Shown: positions 33,509-42,914 of the stretch, in pieces
Layout: the number at the start of each line of letters is the position of its first letter
How positions within the stretch are numbered: position 1 is the first letter of the stretch
DNA from: a virus
Strand: one strand, 5' to 3'
Virus record (IMG/VR): IMGVR_UViG_3300029120_000017
DNA length: 58,062 nucleotides
Notes under the pieces: generated by a model
Seen by the model: only the letters and a program-made list of their open reading frames with translations
Databases searched by the model: none
Told to the model about the DNA's origin: nothing
Program-made: the position numbers and the translations under genes

Positions 33509-33991
33509 TCACTTTTTGCTCCTCTTAGAATAAACAAAGTAATACCATGCGCCAATTATCATCAGCAATACCGCTGCAAACTGAAACAAGCAGTCTTTGA
33601 ATCGCTGCAAAATCGGCGGTTTCTCCTTCACCGTCTTGTTCTCCTTCTCCTTTCTCGTCTCTTCCTTGTCTGTTACGCTCGTCTGCCGCTGCTCCCGCTG
33701 AGCGTTGATAAAGTGCTTTGCGTCTCGGTTGGAAATGATTTTCTTTTCGCGTTCCGTATCAGTGCGGAGAACCTTTCCATCTTCATCAATCGTAACCATT
33801 TTTAGCTCGTAAACAAAGACGGTATCGGAGAGATACACGGTGTCAGCAATCGTAAGAATCTGCCGTTGTATCAACGTGTCACGTCTCTCTATCCTCACTG
33901 AATCTGTGAACTCCTTTTCAACGCTCGTTGTCTTTCGCGAACACGAAACAAGAGAGAGAAGAACAATAAAGAATAACAATGCCTTTTTCAT
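33509..33991 (-). CDS. unimolecular spanin candidate (N-terminal lipoprotein signal, C-terminal TM helix)
   Basis: MKKALLFFIVLLSLVSC lipobox and C-terminal FQFAAVLLMIIGAWYYFVY; last gene of the lysis cassette. Confidence 0.55.
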   Translation of the reverse strand: MKKALLFFIVLLSLVSCSRKTTSVEKEFTDSVRIERRDTLIQRQILTIADTVYLSDTVFVYELKMVTIDEDGKVLRTDTEREKKIISNRDAKHFINAQREQRQTSVTDKEETRKEKENKTVKEKPPILQRFKDCLFQFAAVLLMIIGAWYYFVYSKRSKK

Positions 33992-34248
33992 ATCATCGCT
34001 ATTAAAATGCCTGCAACATCACAGAAGAAATCCTTCCACTCTGATGTTCCCTGCCCTGTGAATTTGTCGAGCAATTCTTTGGAAACGGCAACAAGCAGCA
34101 TAACCGCCACCATTACCCATACTGGCAGGAAGATAAGTGTCATCTTGGAGATAATAGTCATTACGATAATATGTGTAAGGCCATCAATGCCAAGTGAGGC
34201 AGCGAAGCCTGCCACCTCGCTGCATAGCTTATAAAACCACTTAATCAT
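33988..34248 (-). CDS. small three-TM membrane protein in the lysis cassette (holin or antiholin-like)
   Basis: 86 aa, hydrophobic, 4-nt overlaps with the endolysin and spanin genes. Confidence 0.5.
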   Translation of the reverse strand: MIKWFYKLCSEVAGFAASLGIDGLTHIIVMTIISKMTLIFLPVWVMVAVMLLVAVSKELLDKFTGQGTSEWKDFFCDVAGILIAMI

Positions 34249-34778
34249 TTGTTCAAAATAAGATTGTCGTACATAATTGAATTAATTCGGCGCTCCCAGC
34301 CTCTAAGATTTTCCCGCTGGCTCTTATCATTCTTGACAATACTCTTGACGAACAATAGGCGCATTTGCTTGATACGTCCAAACAACGGCAAGCCGCTTGT
34401 GCTGTTGACGGCAGCCAACGTCTTGTTTCCGATGATGCCGTCAACCTTCACGCCTACGAGCTTCTGTAATTGTCGCGCCGCTGTGCCCACGCCGCTTGCC
34501 CATGCCCAATCAACCATGATGTTAGCGACATTTTGGTCTGTCACATTATCCAATTTGAGCGCATCCCAGTACATGGTTTTAAAAATCTCTTCCCATTCGC
34601 TGGTAGTCATCGCTTTTAAGGTTTCAATCGTTGCAGGCTTGCCCTTTTTAGCGCAATAACCTCGCCACGTGTTTATCGTCACGCCCTTGTTTGTCGCGCC
34701 TCCTCTGTCGTTCTTTCGGTTGCAAAAACCGCCCTCCCATGATAAAATGAAGGGAATTATTTGTTTGTAATTTGCCAT
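34245..34778 (-). CDS. endolysin, GH108-type N-acetylmuramidase with a C-terminal peptidoglycan-binding domain
   Basis: ILSWEGGFCNRKNDRGGATNKGVT N-terminal signature; VKVDGIIGNKTLAAV repeat-type binding motif. Confidence 0.85.
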   Translation of the reverse strand: MANYKQIIPFILSWEGGFCNRKNDRGGATNKGVTINTWRGYCAKKGKPATIETLKAMTTSEWEEIFKTMYWDALKLDNVTDQNVANIMVDWAWASGVGTAARQLQKLVGVKVDGIIGNKTLAAVNSTSGLPLFGRIKQMRLLFVKSIVKNDKSQRENLRGWERRINSIMYDNLILNK

Positions 34779-34863
34779 GTTGAATTATTTTTGTAATTTT
34801 GTTGTGAAAGTTCTGATAGAGTTAATGGTAAGCGCGTCTAAATGTTTGTGTGTCTCAATTCGT

Positions 34864-35973
34864 TCAGAACTTTTTTATTTTTATTTTTCCTCCATCATTC
34901 CATACTACGACTTTTTCTTTCTTTGTTGAATAAGTTCTCGATTTTCCAGAGCGAAACTTTACTGCATACGCAGTGAAGGAGAAATTCTTTGAAGTTTTAT
35001 TTGTTATTATAGCTAAATTGATATTTTTGCAAACTCGATGGTAAGTCGTTTTGTTATTAATTTTTATCTCATGCCTATTGAGTTTAAAGTTTTCAAATGT
35101 AACTTTAAATAATTTCCTTCTTTTATAGGTGTAAAATTGAATTAATTGTACATCATCGTAATATTCAAAACTTTTTGAACCGCCAATTCCTGCTGGCTCG
35201 CAATAATCAATTAGATTTCTTTTATTATATTCATCAATGTCATAGCCATTATCATAACTATAATCTGAGCGTCTTATCTCGTATTTTTTTGATGACAACA
35301 TTAATCCATTATCCATCAGAAATTGGTTTAATTGCTTAGTTATAATTATCTTAATATCCCCCACCTTGGCGTTGTAATACAAGTTTTTAGTACGGGTAAT
35401 TTTAACTAATAAAGATGTAAGAGGTTGATTATTAATATCCGATAAATGGAGATATAAGACTAATGAATTACTTATGCGCTCTGGCTTAGCATCTCCATAA
35501 CTACTGTCTATTAATCTTTTTATTTCTGCAATACTCTTACCTTCAATATCAGTATTAATACGACCACAATAATCAACAGAATTTTTGTTTAAAATATTAT
35601 ACACAAAGGCAATGATTCTTTTATCGTTAACTTTGTATCCTTCTATACTTGGAAAACGAAACACCGCCGAATCATCCAATTTATCCAAGTCAACCTTGAA
35701 TTTAATCCAGCCATCGTGGAAGTAATAAAAATTCCCCTTCTCTGGTGTCATCGGAATGGCCTTGTGTACAATCAACTTATTAAATCTTTTTGCCCCCCCC
35801 TGTTGACAAAACTTCATTCCGTTAAACACAATCTCCCCATCCGTTGTGTAATGCACAACAGGTTCGCCCGTCTGATGGTCACTTGCGATTGCATCCCCTG
35901 TCGTTGACCCGACATCCACCTTAAAAAATCTCCCCTCTAACTCATTCCAAGGGGTTACTGGCTTATTGCTCAT
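34864..35973 (-). CDS. tail-fibre/receptor-binding-like protein; N-terminus paralogous to 37059-37922
   Basis: ATG 35973 (MSNKPVTPWNELEGRFFKVDVGSTTGDA...HYTTDGEIVFNGMKF) aligns with MATVDWKKLEGRIFRFDVNTSTEDA...HFTTEGNIVFNGVQF. Confidence 0.5.
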   Translation of the reverse strand: MSNKPVTPWNELEGRFFKVDVGSTTGDAIASDHQTGEPVVHYTTDGEIVFNGMKFCQQGGAKRFNKLIVHKAIPMTPEKGNFYYFHDGWIKFKVDLDKLDDSAVFRFPSIEGYKVNDKRIIAFVYNILNKNSVDYCGRINTDIEGKSIAEIKRLIDSSYGDAKPERISNSLVLYLHLSDINNQPLTSLLVKITRTKNLYYNAKVGDIKIIITKQLNQFLMDNGLMLSSKKYEIRRSDYSYDNGYDIDEYNKRNLIDYCEPAGIGGSKSFEYYDDVQLIQFYTYKRRKLFKVTFENFKLNRHEIKINNKTTYHRVCKNINLAIITNKTSKNFSFTAYAVKFRSGKSRTYSTKKEKVVVWNDGGKIKIKKF

Positions 35974-35974
35974 A

Positions 35975-36469
35975 TTACTTCTCCTCCTTCGTTGCCTCCT
36001 CAAACGCCTCGCCTGCATCCTTATCTTTCTTCTTTAGTATAGCGACAATAAAGCGTTTGAAAGAGAAATTAAACTTTACATTATGTATAGCACACACATG
36101 CCCTTTTATGCTATCCAGTTCAAATATGGCAGCAAAGACAGAGCCTAACGCGCCGCCCTCCTCGTATGTGCCTATGCCCATAGGTTCAAGGAATGACTTG
36201 CCAAGCAAAGCTCCAGTCATTATGTAAATCATGTACTCTATGAACTTGCAAACGGTTCTTCGTCCTGCTCTGCTATATCTGAACGATTCCTTTTTCACCT
36301 TCACACTCTCAGTCAGACCCAAGTAAAAGTCCGCAATTATCATGAAGATAATAAACAACACCATCCATCGAAGACCGTAAAACGTCTCTTCTATCTCTGT
36401 CGGAATGGTATAGTACGCTCCGATGCCTGCCAAGGCAACCAACGGATTTAAGATAAATGACGATTCCAT
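35975..36469 (-). CDS. holin (phage_holin_4-like)
   Basis: 164 aa, three to four TM helices; IADFYLGLTESVKVKKESFRYSRAGRRTVCKFIEY resembles the holin-4 family core. Confidence 0.55.
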   Translation of the reverse strand: MESSFILNPLVALAGIGAYYTIPTEIEETFYGLRWMVLFIIFMIIADFYLGLTESVKVKKESFRYSRAGRRTVCKFIEYMIYIMTGALLGKSFLEPMGIGTYEEGGALGSVFAAIFELDSIKGHVCAIHNVKFNFSFKRFIVAILKKKDKDAGEAFEEATKEEK

Positions 36470-36480
36470 ATTCAGCCCTC

Positions 36481-37047
36481 CTAAAGAAAATCAACCATTC
36501 TGTAATAGGCATCGCTGAACTCTGCCTTTCGTCTGAACTTCGCCCACATAAAAGGAATCGGAAGCAACGTCTTCCAATTGTCCTTTGCCAAGACATCATA
36601 GGCGGCAGTGTAGTACGGCATATCAGAACTTGACCATAATACGCGCCAATCTGGCTTCTTAACGCTCAGTTGCACGCATTGAATGTTGCTGAATCCTTTG
36701 AGGCATTCGGCAAGTTTTCGGAAATTATCGTAGACCTCTGTGCCTTCTTCGCATTCCCCTTCATAGGTAAGCAGATACATCGTCTTGACTGGCGAGGATG
36801 CTGCAATGCCGTTAAGTTCTGCCATGAGTTTTAGCAGGGATTTCTTAGCTTTCCACAAGCCATGTGCGGCAACGAATCTCCCTCTGCCCTTGTCCCATTT
36901 TACGCGAAGGTCAAACAGACGGCAGCCGCATCTGTGCTGTTGCACCAAGGTTTTTGACTGGCATTTTGAAAACGCGGAGACAAGGAACGACAAAAGGCCG
37001 TCACCTTTCTCTCCTGTAAAGCTGTTGTGTGTTGCAATTTTAATCAT
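36481..37047 (-). CDS. PLC-like phosphodiesterase (PI-PLC X-domain-like), short
   Basis: IATHNSFTGE ... RLFDLRV ... AAHGLW follows the H...D-x-R...HG order of PI-PLC X domains; only 188 aa. Confidence 0.4.
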   Translation of the reverse strand: MIKIATHNSFTGEKGDGLLSFLVSAFSKCQSKTLVQQHRCGCRLFDLRVKWDKGRGRFVAAHGLWKAKKSLLKLMAELNGIAASSPVKTMYLLTYEGECEEGTEVYDNFRKLAECLKGFSNIQCVQLSVKKPDWRVLWSSSDMPYYTAAYDVLAKDNWKTLLPIPFMWAKFRRKAEFSDAYYRMVDFL

Positions 37048-37058
37048 GTCTTTATATA

Positions 37059-37922
37059 TTATTTATTCAACGTTCCTGCCTCTTCCAGTTTATCAACGAG
37101 TGTTTTGCAGATAATGCGTAGATGATTGATGGCGAACTTCGCCTCATCAAGAGTGGTGACGCTTGGCACGGCTTTCAAAAACTCGTACTCACTTTGAAGG
37201 TTGAGGTTGGCTTTCTTTACGCCGCCAATACTCGTTGTTGTAGCACTGGCAAGTGATATGATGCCGTTGTTGTCGTCTTCTGGGTTTTTATATCCCTCTA
37301 TGCCGTCATCCGTGACATTCAGGCCATCACCGACCTTCACTATGCCGAACTGATTTTTGGTGGCTCTGTTTAATGTTAGAATTTCCAGAGGAACTTGTCG
37401 AAGGTAATAGTAGCCTGTCTGTTTATGGTTTCCACCGTCATCATAAATAACATAATTTTCGTAGCCTGGAATATTCATATCAGTCGCATAAGAGTGGCTC
37501 CTTATTGATATCCAAAATGAAAATGCCATCATTTCCTTTGCGTAAGCATCAACTGCATTGCTCTTGCTGATGTAATATTTAGGATTACCTTCAAGTTTCC
37601 CGAAAGCGCATAAATGGCGTTTTTTTTCATCCTCCGTTAAAAGACCAAAATATTCCTTCCACACAGGAGGAAAGTCGTTTAAATCTTCCACTGTCGGTGT
37701 GTAATCCACTTCTGATACCGTAGCCATATCTTGAATCGCATACCCAAAATCCTCAATAAGCTCATTATAGCCTGCAAACTGCACCCCATTAAACACAATA
37801 TTCCCCTCTGTCGTGAAATGAATAATCGCGGGATTCGTAGCCTTCAACGCATCCTCTGTCGAAGTATTCACGTCAAACCTAAAAATTCGACCTTCAAGCT
37901 TTTTCCAATCTACTGTTGCCAT
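37059..37922 (-). CDS. tail-fibre/receptor-binding-like protein; shares its N-terminal module with 34864-35973 and its C-terminal module with 52748-53365
   Basis: ATG 37922; C-terminus ...AINHLRIICKTLVDKLEEAGTLNK vs ...NRLRLILKTLVDKLDAAGIISK. Confidence 0.5.
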   Translation of the reverse strand: MATVDWKKLEGRIFRFDVNTSTEDALKATNPAIIHFTTEGNIVFNGVQFAGYNELIEDFGYAIQDMATVSEVDYTPTVEDLNDFPPVWKEYFGLLTEDEKKRHLCAFGKLEGNPKYYISKSNAVDAYAKEMMAFSFWISIRSHSYATDMNIPGYENYVIYDDGGNHKQTGYYYLRQVPLEILTLNRATKNQFGIVKVGDGLNVTDDGIEGYKNPEDDNNGIISLASATTTSIGGVKKANLNLQSEYEFLKAVPSVTTLDEAKFAINHLRIICKTLVDKLEEAGTLNK

Positions 37923-38026
37923 AACCTTATAAAATAACAACATTCTCTGACAATGTGAAATGACAACATCTGCACATTGCCAAAGAATGCTTGGCCCGAA
38001 GGCCGTTTAACCACACTTGTTAATAA

Positions 38027-38929
38027 TTAGTTTTTACTTTCTTTGTTTTCTCCTCCAACAAGATTGATATTCGTTATTTCAATAACGTTCAAAAGACGCA
38101 TCGTAAACTCATGCCACTCTCGCTCGAAAGGAGCAACCATCTCGGGCGTGACGTGAATCTTATTCAGCGTACCAATGATGTTGACGATAAATCCTTTGAC
38201 GTTGACGGCCTCAAACATACCTTGGTCGTGCTTCATAAAGAACTCGTACAAGTCAATCCAACAAAGGCCCTTGAACACTACATCCTTAATGATGTTGGTT
38301 GTATGCGTCAGAGAATCTTTACGCATTCGGTAGGTGTAACCGATAGTGTCGGCATACGCAACCTTGTTAGCAAAGAACATCATCGGAATAATGGTCGGCG
38401 TGTCCTCGATGTAACGTCTATCGCTGTAAGGCACTTTGTTGCAGATTTCCTTGCGGATAATCTTGTTATTCATGAAGACAATTCGCTCACCCCAAAACTT
38501 GGCAACCTTGTCGCGGCCTTCCGTTACGCAATTGCCGTAAGAGGTGGCATCCCATGAGCCATCTTCTTTGAGGATTTTCACGCCGCCGCTGACAATATCC
38601 GCGCCCGTAGCATCGGCTCTCGCAAGCAGTCTCTTGACAAAATCAAGGTCAATGTAATCATCGCCATCAAGCGTCATTACATATTCTGCATTTGCGTAGT
38701 CAATGCCGCGTCTGCGCGACAGACCAGCGCCAACATTTTCGCTATTCTCCAAGAGCGTGATTCCCTTGATTCTTCTGAGGATGTCGAGTGTACCGTCTGT
38801 TGACTTATCTTCAACGACAATAACCTCACACTTCTCTGTCTGATTCAAGGCGCTTGCAACGCTCTGTTCGATATCTCTTTCAACATTGTATGCCGTAATA
38901 ACAATGGCACATCTGTACATCTTTTTCAT
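38027..38929 (-). CDS. family 2 glycosyltransferase (soluble)
   Basis: AIVITAYNVERDIEQSVASALNQT...VVEDKSTDGT...LDGDDY motifs; no C-terminal TM helices seen. Confidence 0.85.
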   Translation of the reverse strand: MKKMYRCAIVITAYNVERDIEQSVASALNQTEKCEVIVVEDKSTDGTLDILRRIKGITLLENSENVGAGLSRRRGIDYANAEYVMTLDGDDYIDLDFVKRLLARADATGADIVSGGVKILKEDGSWDATSYGNCVTEGRDKVAKFWGERIVFMNNKIIRKEICNKVPYSDRRYIEDTPTIIPMMFFANKVAYADTIGYTYRMRKDSLTHTTNIIKDVVFKGLCWIDLYEFFMKHDQGMFEAVNVKGFIVNIIGTLNKIHVTPEMVAPFEREWHEFTMRLLNVIEITNINLVGGENKESKN

Positions 38930-38959
38930 ATTTCTTGTCTGAGAGGATTAGGCAGGATG

Positions 38960-39015
38960 CACTATTGCACACTATTGTACACTATCGTACACCATTGCAC
39001 ACTATTGTACACCCT
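38960..39015. repeat. 5.5 tandem copies of a 10-bp unit CACTATTG(C/T)A between the fibre gene stop and the glycosyltransferase start
   Basis: cactattgca cactattgta cactatcgta caccattgca cactattgta caccct read directly. Confidence 0.85.
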
Positions 39016-39033
39016 GTCTAAATGTTAGTTTGG

Positions 39034-40311
39034 CTATGCCAGTTTCAAAAGGTCTTCCAGCGCGGAGACACGAATTGCCAAGGCGGAAATGGCATCGGTG
39101 GTGGCGGCGGTTTTCGTTTGATAAACTCCTTGTATTTCTCTTCCAAAGACTAATAGGCAAGAATCATCAACCGCAATTCCTACACCTTGGGCAATTTGAA
39201 CACCAGTGCCAATTGCGATTTTAGTACCGAAATCTTGATGAATTCCTTGTAAATTAGTCCCAATCGCGTTAGTGCCGAGCATTACGCCTTCATAAGATTC
39301 AAAACCATCTGAAATATAAATATTATCATGCAAATCAACGCCATTATCGATATTGATATTGCCTCCAATATTCACAGAATCTCCGATTTTGGAATTACTT
39401 CCGATTTTGGTATCTGTACCAATTACCGCTTTAAGACTATTATATTGGGCATTCTGAATAATAAAACCTTCAGTATTACTATTATAAACCTTCACACCCT
39501 GAACTCTTCCATCCACCGCATCAAGTTTTACCTTATCAGCGGCAGACATAACGCCAGCCGTGGTAGAGGTGGCAGGAAGAATACCAAGGTCACTTTCCGT
39601 AGTCGCCTCTCGTCCGTTGACAAAGGTAATGGTCTTCTTGAATGATACGCCATTATCCTGCGGAACATCTTCCTCCTGTGCGAATTTCACATTTGCAACG
39701 GCGGTGTCTTCAATTTCGCTCTTCTTGGCGTATGGTGTCAAATCCTGAACACCTTGCAACGCGTCCCAATTTTTGGTAGTTGCTGGGTCAATGGCAGCGC
39801 TGAAAGCCGTAACACATACCACGTTAACGCCAGCAGGATAAGCCTTGCCGTCAATGGTCACGGCATCGGTGATATTCCAAACATCGCCAGCCTTTGCAGA
39901 AGTGAGGGCCTTCAACTGAGCGGCAGTGCATGAACCCTTAGTTGTGTACACACTTCCAAGGGCAGAAACCTTGCTATCTGCGTAGCTCTTGGCAGAAGCA
40001 AGGGCGCTGTTAGCTTTCGTAGTCGCGTCTGTAGCGGCAGCACTGACGGCCTCTGTCTTCTTGGTATCGGCATAGCTCTTCGCTGATGTCAGCGTGGCAG
40101 CGTCCTTGCTGTCAATTTCGCTCTTTGAGTAAGTTTTGCCGCTTGCAGAGGCGATAGATGCTTTCAACTCTTTGTTGATGTCGCTCTGCAATTTATCCTC
40201 TTCAAGGTCAACGACTTGCGAGGCTTCAACTGCAACGCCGTCACTCGTATCTGATTTAATACGAGAGGTATATTTGATATAGTCGGATGCTACTCCGTAT
40301 TTTTTTGCCAT
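39034..40311 (-). CDS. tail fibre protein
   Basis: 425 aa; repeated SAKSYAD(T/S)K motifs, A/T/S-rich fibrous N-terminal part, G/I/N-rich beta-like C-terminal part. Confidence 0.6.
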   Translation of the reverse strand: MAKKYGVASDYIKYTSRIKSDTSDGVAVEASQVVDLEEDKLQSDINKELKASIASASGKTYSKSEIDSKDAATLTSAKSYADTKKTEAVSAAATDATTKANSALASAKSYADSKVSALGSVYTTKGSCTAAQLKALTSAKAGDVWNITDAVTIDGKAYPAGVNVVCVTAFSAAIDPATTKNWDALQGVQDLTPYAKKSEIEDTAVANVKFAQEEDVPQDNGVSFKKTITFVNGREATTESDLGILPATSTTAGVMSAADKVKLDAVDGRVQGVKVYNSNTEGFIIQNAQYNSLKAVIGTDTKIGSNSKIGDSVNIGGNINIDNGVDLHDNIYISDGFESYEGVMLGTNAIGTNLQGIHQDFGTKIAIGTGVQIAQGVGIAVDDSCLLVFGREIQGVYQTKTAATTDAISALAIRVSALEDLLKLA

Positions 40312-40322
40312 TTCTCTTTAGA

Positions 40323-41135
40323 TTAATAAAGTTCAACATTATGTACGCTCACGCCCATCTTTGATGCCATACGATACACTTTGTAAGTGATACCAGAACC
40401 TGTTGCATCAGCCTGCTTTACAAAGTTGACTGGCAACGGCCCTTCGCGACCTGCGAGGTTGTTTGCCAAGTTCGGCGAAACGGTAACATCAGACGGAATC
40501 AGGACATAACCGTAAGGCTTTTCTGCCGTGAAGGAGAATTTATACGTACCGTTTGAATTGCTCTGCAATTTCGTGCCGTTGACCTGAGCAAGGAACTTGG
40601 CCATTTCAGCCGCATCGCTGACAGGTGCTGTCTCGTACGAGCTAACGCCAAACAAAATCTGATTGTAGGCGTAAACAGTCTTTGATGCAGTTCTTGCAAC
40701 ACCCTTAACGGTAGCATGTACGTCAAAGAGGGTGGTCGAACTTGCATTCACCGTGCCAGAATAAACGCCAGTAGACTTCTTCGTAACGGTGACGGAAGCA
40801 CCTCCTGCGGTCATCGTCGGCAGTGCATCAGCGTCAACATTCGCACCTGCAAACGTACAGGTAACGGTTAACGTGAATGCCGTTGATGTACCCTTGACGA
40901 AAGTCGCGGAAGGTGAAACACTAAACGAAATCTTCGCCTTTGCGTCATTTTCCTCCTTGACCTTTCGGTTCACATACTCTGCCTGCGTGTCCGAGATTCC
41001 ACGGATAACGGCAGAGGCTTCATACACGAGCGCATTTTCGCTCTTGACCACGTCAACGCGGCCTTCTGTGCCTGCTGTGTCAGCCTTTGAAGCCGCCACA
41101 GAGGCTTTCTCTCTGAATTTGATAAATTTTGCCAT
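40323..41135 (-). CDS. virion structural protein with an Ig-like-looking S/T/V-rich centre
   Basis: 270-aa ORF between the tail tube and fibre genes. Confidence 0.4.
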   Translation of the reverse strand: MAKFIKFREKASVAASKADTAGTEGRVDVVKSENALVYEASAVIRGISDTQAEYVNRKVKEENDAKAKISFSVSPSATFVKGTSTAFTLTVTCTFAGANVDADALPTMTAGGASVTVTKKSTGVYSGTVNASSTTLFDVHATVKGVARTASKTVYAYNQILFGVSSYETAPVSDAAEMAKFLAQVNGTKLQSNSNGTYKFSFTAEKPYGYVLIPSDVTVSPNLANNLAGREGPLPVNFVKQADATGSGITYKVYRMASKMGVSVHNVELY

Positions 41136-41169
41136 GTTTTTTTATTTTGTTTTTAACTCATGAGTTTTC

Positions 41170-41712
41170 TTATTCATCGGCCAAATCTTTCCATCTTGCG
41201 CCAGCCATTTCCTTACCTTCTGCATTAAGGTGAGCCTGTTTAACAAATTCTACATGAATATTAGGAAAGCCGCTCTTGCCCATTGTTCCTGCCATAGTAA
41301 CATTAAGTTTCATATTCGCCCACTCAAAAACCTTTGCTGGGAAATCTGAAAATTTCTTTGTCTGAACGCGGACAGCCTTATTTCCAAGTTTAAAACCAAC
41401 GGTCTCTGTGATGTAATCGCCTACCTTTGTATAGCCAAGCAATTCTTTGGCAATCTTCTCGCCAAAATCATAGACATCCAAGGTGAAGCCTTTTTGTCCC
41501 TTATCACTTTCAAGCGTTGCGTAATATTCGTCCATGTCCTCAACTTCAATGTTATTGGTTGAAGCTGCACTATCATTGAAAGAAAAACTATCCTTCACGA
41601 TTGCACTAAACTCAAAAGCTGTTTCCCATTTTGAATCAATTGGGAAAGAGCCATCTTTCTCTACATCAAGCAATTTAACGCTTACGATTCCATAAGGTGA
41701 AGTCTTTGCCAT
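41170..41712 (-). CDS. major tail (tube) protein, putative
   Basis: 180 aa, follows the head-tail connector genes. Confidence 0.5.
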   Translation of the reverse strand: MAKTSPYGIVSVKLLDVEKDGSFPIDSKWETAFEFSAIVKDSFSFNDSAASTNNIEVEDMDEYYATLESDKGQKGFTLDVYDFGEKIAKELLGYTKVGDYITETVGFKLGNKAVRVQTKKFSDFPAKVFEWANMKLNVTMAGTMGKSGFPNIHVEFVKQAHLNAEGKEMAGARWKDLADE

Positions 41713-41726
41713 AATTATTTTCTTTT

Positions 41727-42134
41727 TTAAAATTGAACTTTAATTCTCAAATTGATAAAATGTGTTTCATCGTTATCTTTCATCACATTGCTGTCTGAAC
41801 TGATAGAATAAGCAATACCATCAACCATCAATGGTTGGTCTTCTGTTTCAGTCATCTCGTTAGTATAAGGGATAAGATTGCAGACATTTTCATACATCCG
41901 TGAAAGACTTTCCTTATTAAGACTTCCAGACGAATTGTCCTGCGCGTGGATATTAAGATTTATCAAATTGCTGTCAGCCCATTTTCCGTAATTGACAGAC
42001 AGACTATTGACAGCAATATAATCACCTCGATAGTTTTCATCCTTCTCGTATGCGAACACCTTAAAATCACTTTGCTGCTTCAAATACCTGCAAAGCGATG
42101 TAACTACGTCTATTGAGTTTTTATATTTTTCCAT
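41727..42134 (-). CDS. tail completion / tail terminator-like protein
   Basis: Position in the connector series; ATG 42134 (MEKYKNSIDV...). Confidence 0.4.
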   Translation of the reverse strand: MEKYKNSIDVVTSLCRYLKQQSDFKVFAYEKDENYRGDYIAVNSLSVNYGKWADSNLINLNIHAQDNSSGSLNKESLSRMYENVCNLIPYTNEMTETEDQPLMVDGIAYSISSDSNVMKDNDETHFINLRIKVQF

Positions 42135-42603
42135 CCTTAATGTCTTGTGCAAGTTTACTTAATTGCTCTGTCAACCATCCCTGTACATGAGATATAACCT
42201 TGTGGCCTTTTGCTTCAACATATCTTGCATAATACATTCCTGCGCTCACTTTGATTTCCCAAAATGCTGATTGGTCGGCATCCAGCGAATTAGCTGCAAT
42301 TTCTGCATTCGCCTCGCCTTCTGCACTTCCCAAACCATCAAAGCCACATCTTTTCACCTCGCTACCACCGTAATAGATTGTCGCACAAATGCTACCGCGT
42401 AAATTCCGCGTGTGGTCATCGTAACCACCACTCATGCGGTCTGGATACGCATCACGTGCAATATTGCACGCCTCTTCTGCTATGATGGTCAATTCTCGAA
42501 GTATTGCGTTACCTCTATTTGCTGAATTGTTCTGTTTCTTCGCTCCAGCCTTTTTTAAAACATTCTCAAACCCTTCTATTGCTATATCCATAATTTCAGC
42601 CAA
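42121..42603 (-). CDS. head-tail joining protein (HK97 gp10-like position)
   Basis: 160-aa ORF in the connector series. Confidence 0.4.
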   Translation of the reverse strand: MAEIMDIAIEGFENVLKKAGAKKQNNSANRGNAILRELTIIAEEACNIARDAYPDRMSGGYDDHTRNLRGSICATIYYGGSEVKRCGFDGLGSAEGEANAEIAANSLDADQSAFWEIKVSAGMYYARYVEAKGHKVISHVQGWLTEQLSKLAQDIKDGKI

Positions 42604-42914
42604 TGCCCTTTTGTTGTTACTCCAAGAATCTGTCTTTTGGCATCCAATGTTGAATCGTTCTTTACGACCCTAACATAATCGCCAACCTTCGGAATCCTGC
42701 CGAAACATCTCACGTCATTAAGGAGAATATCGTATGATGTGTTATATTTATATCCATCATTGAGCGTTATTTGATTGGCCTTAGAATTTGGCGCAACCGT
42801 GCATCCTACGCATTTCGACCAGCATATCTTTTCTATAATATTCAAGTCTTCATCCTCCTGCTTGACTACCGTCTGTAAGGATATTGTTGCATTCTTAATC
42901 ATATATGTATGCAA
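42582..42914 (-). CDS. head closure / head-tail adaptor protein
   Basis: 110-aa ORF in the connector series. Confidence 0.4.
   Translation of the reverse strand: MHTYMIKNATISLQTVVKQEDEDLNIIEKICWSKCVGCTVAPNSKANQITLNDGYKYNTSYDILLNDVRCFGRIPKVGDYVRVVKNDSTLDAKRQILGVTTKGHWLKLWI

Noticed and set aside
38960-39015. CRISPR array hypothesis for the short tandem repeats (also 26377-26407, 45909-45953, 29694-29733)
   Set aside because: The units are 10-11 bp and directly abutting with no spacers, and there are no cas genes. These are iteron or regulatory-type repeats.
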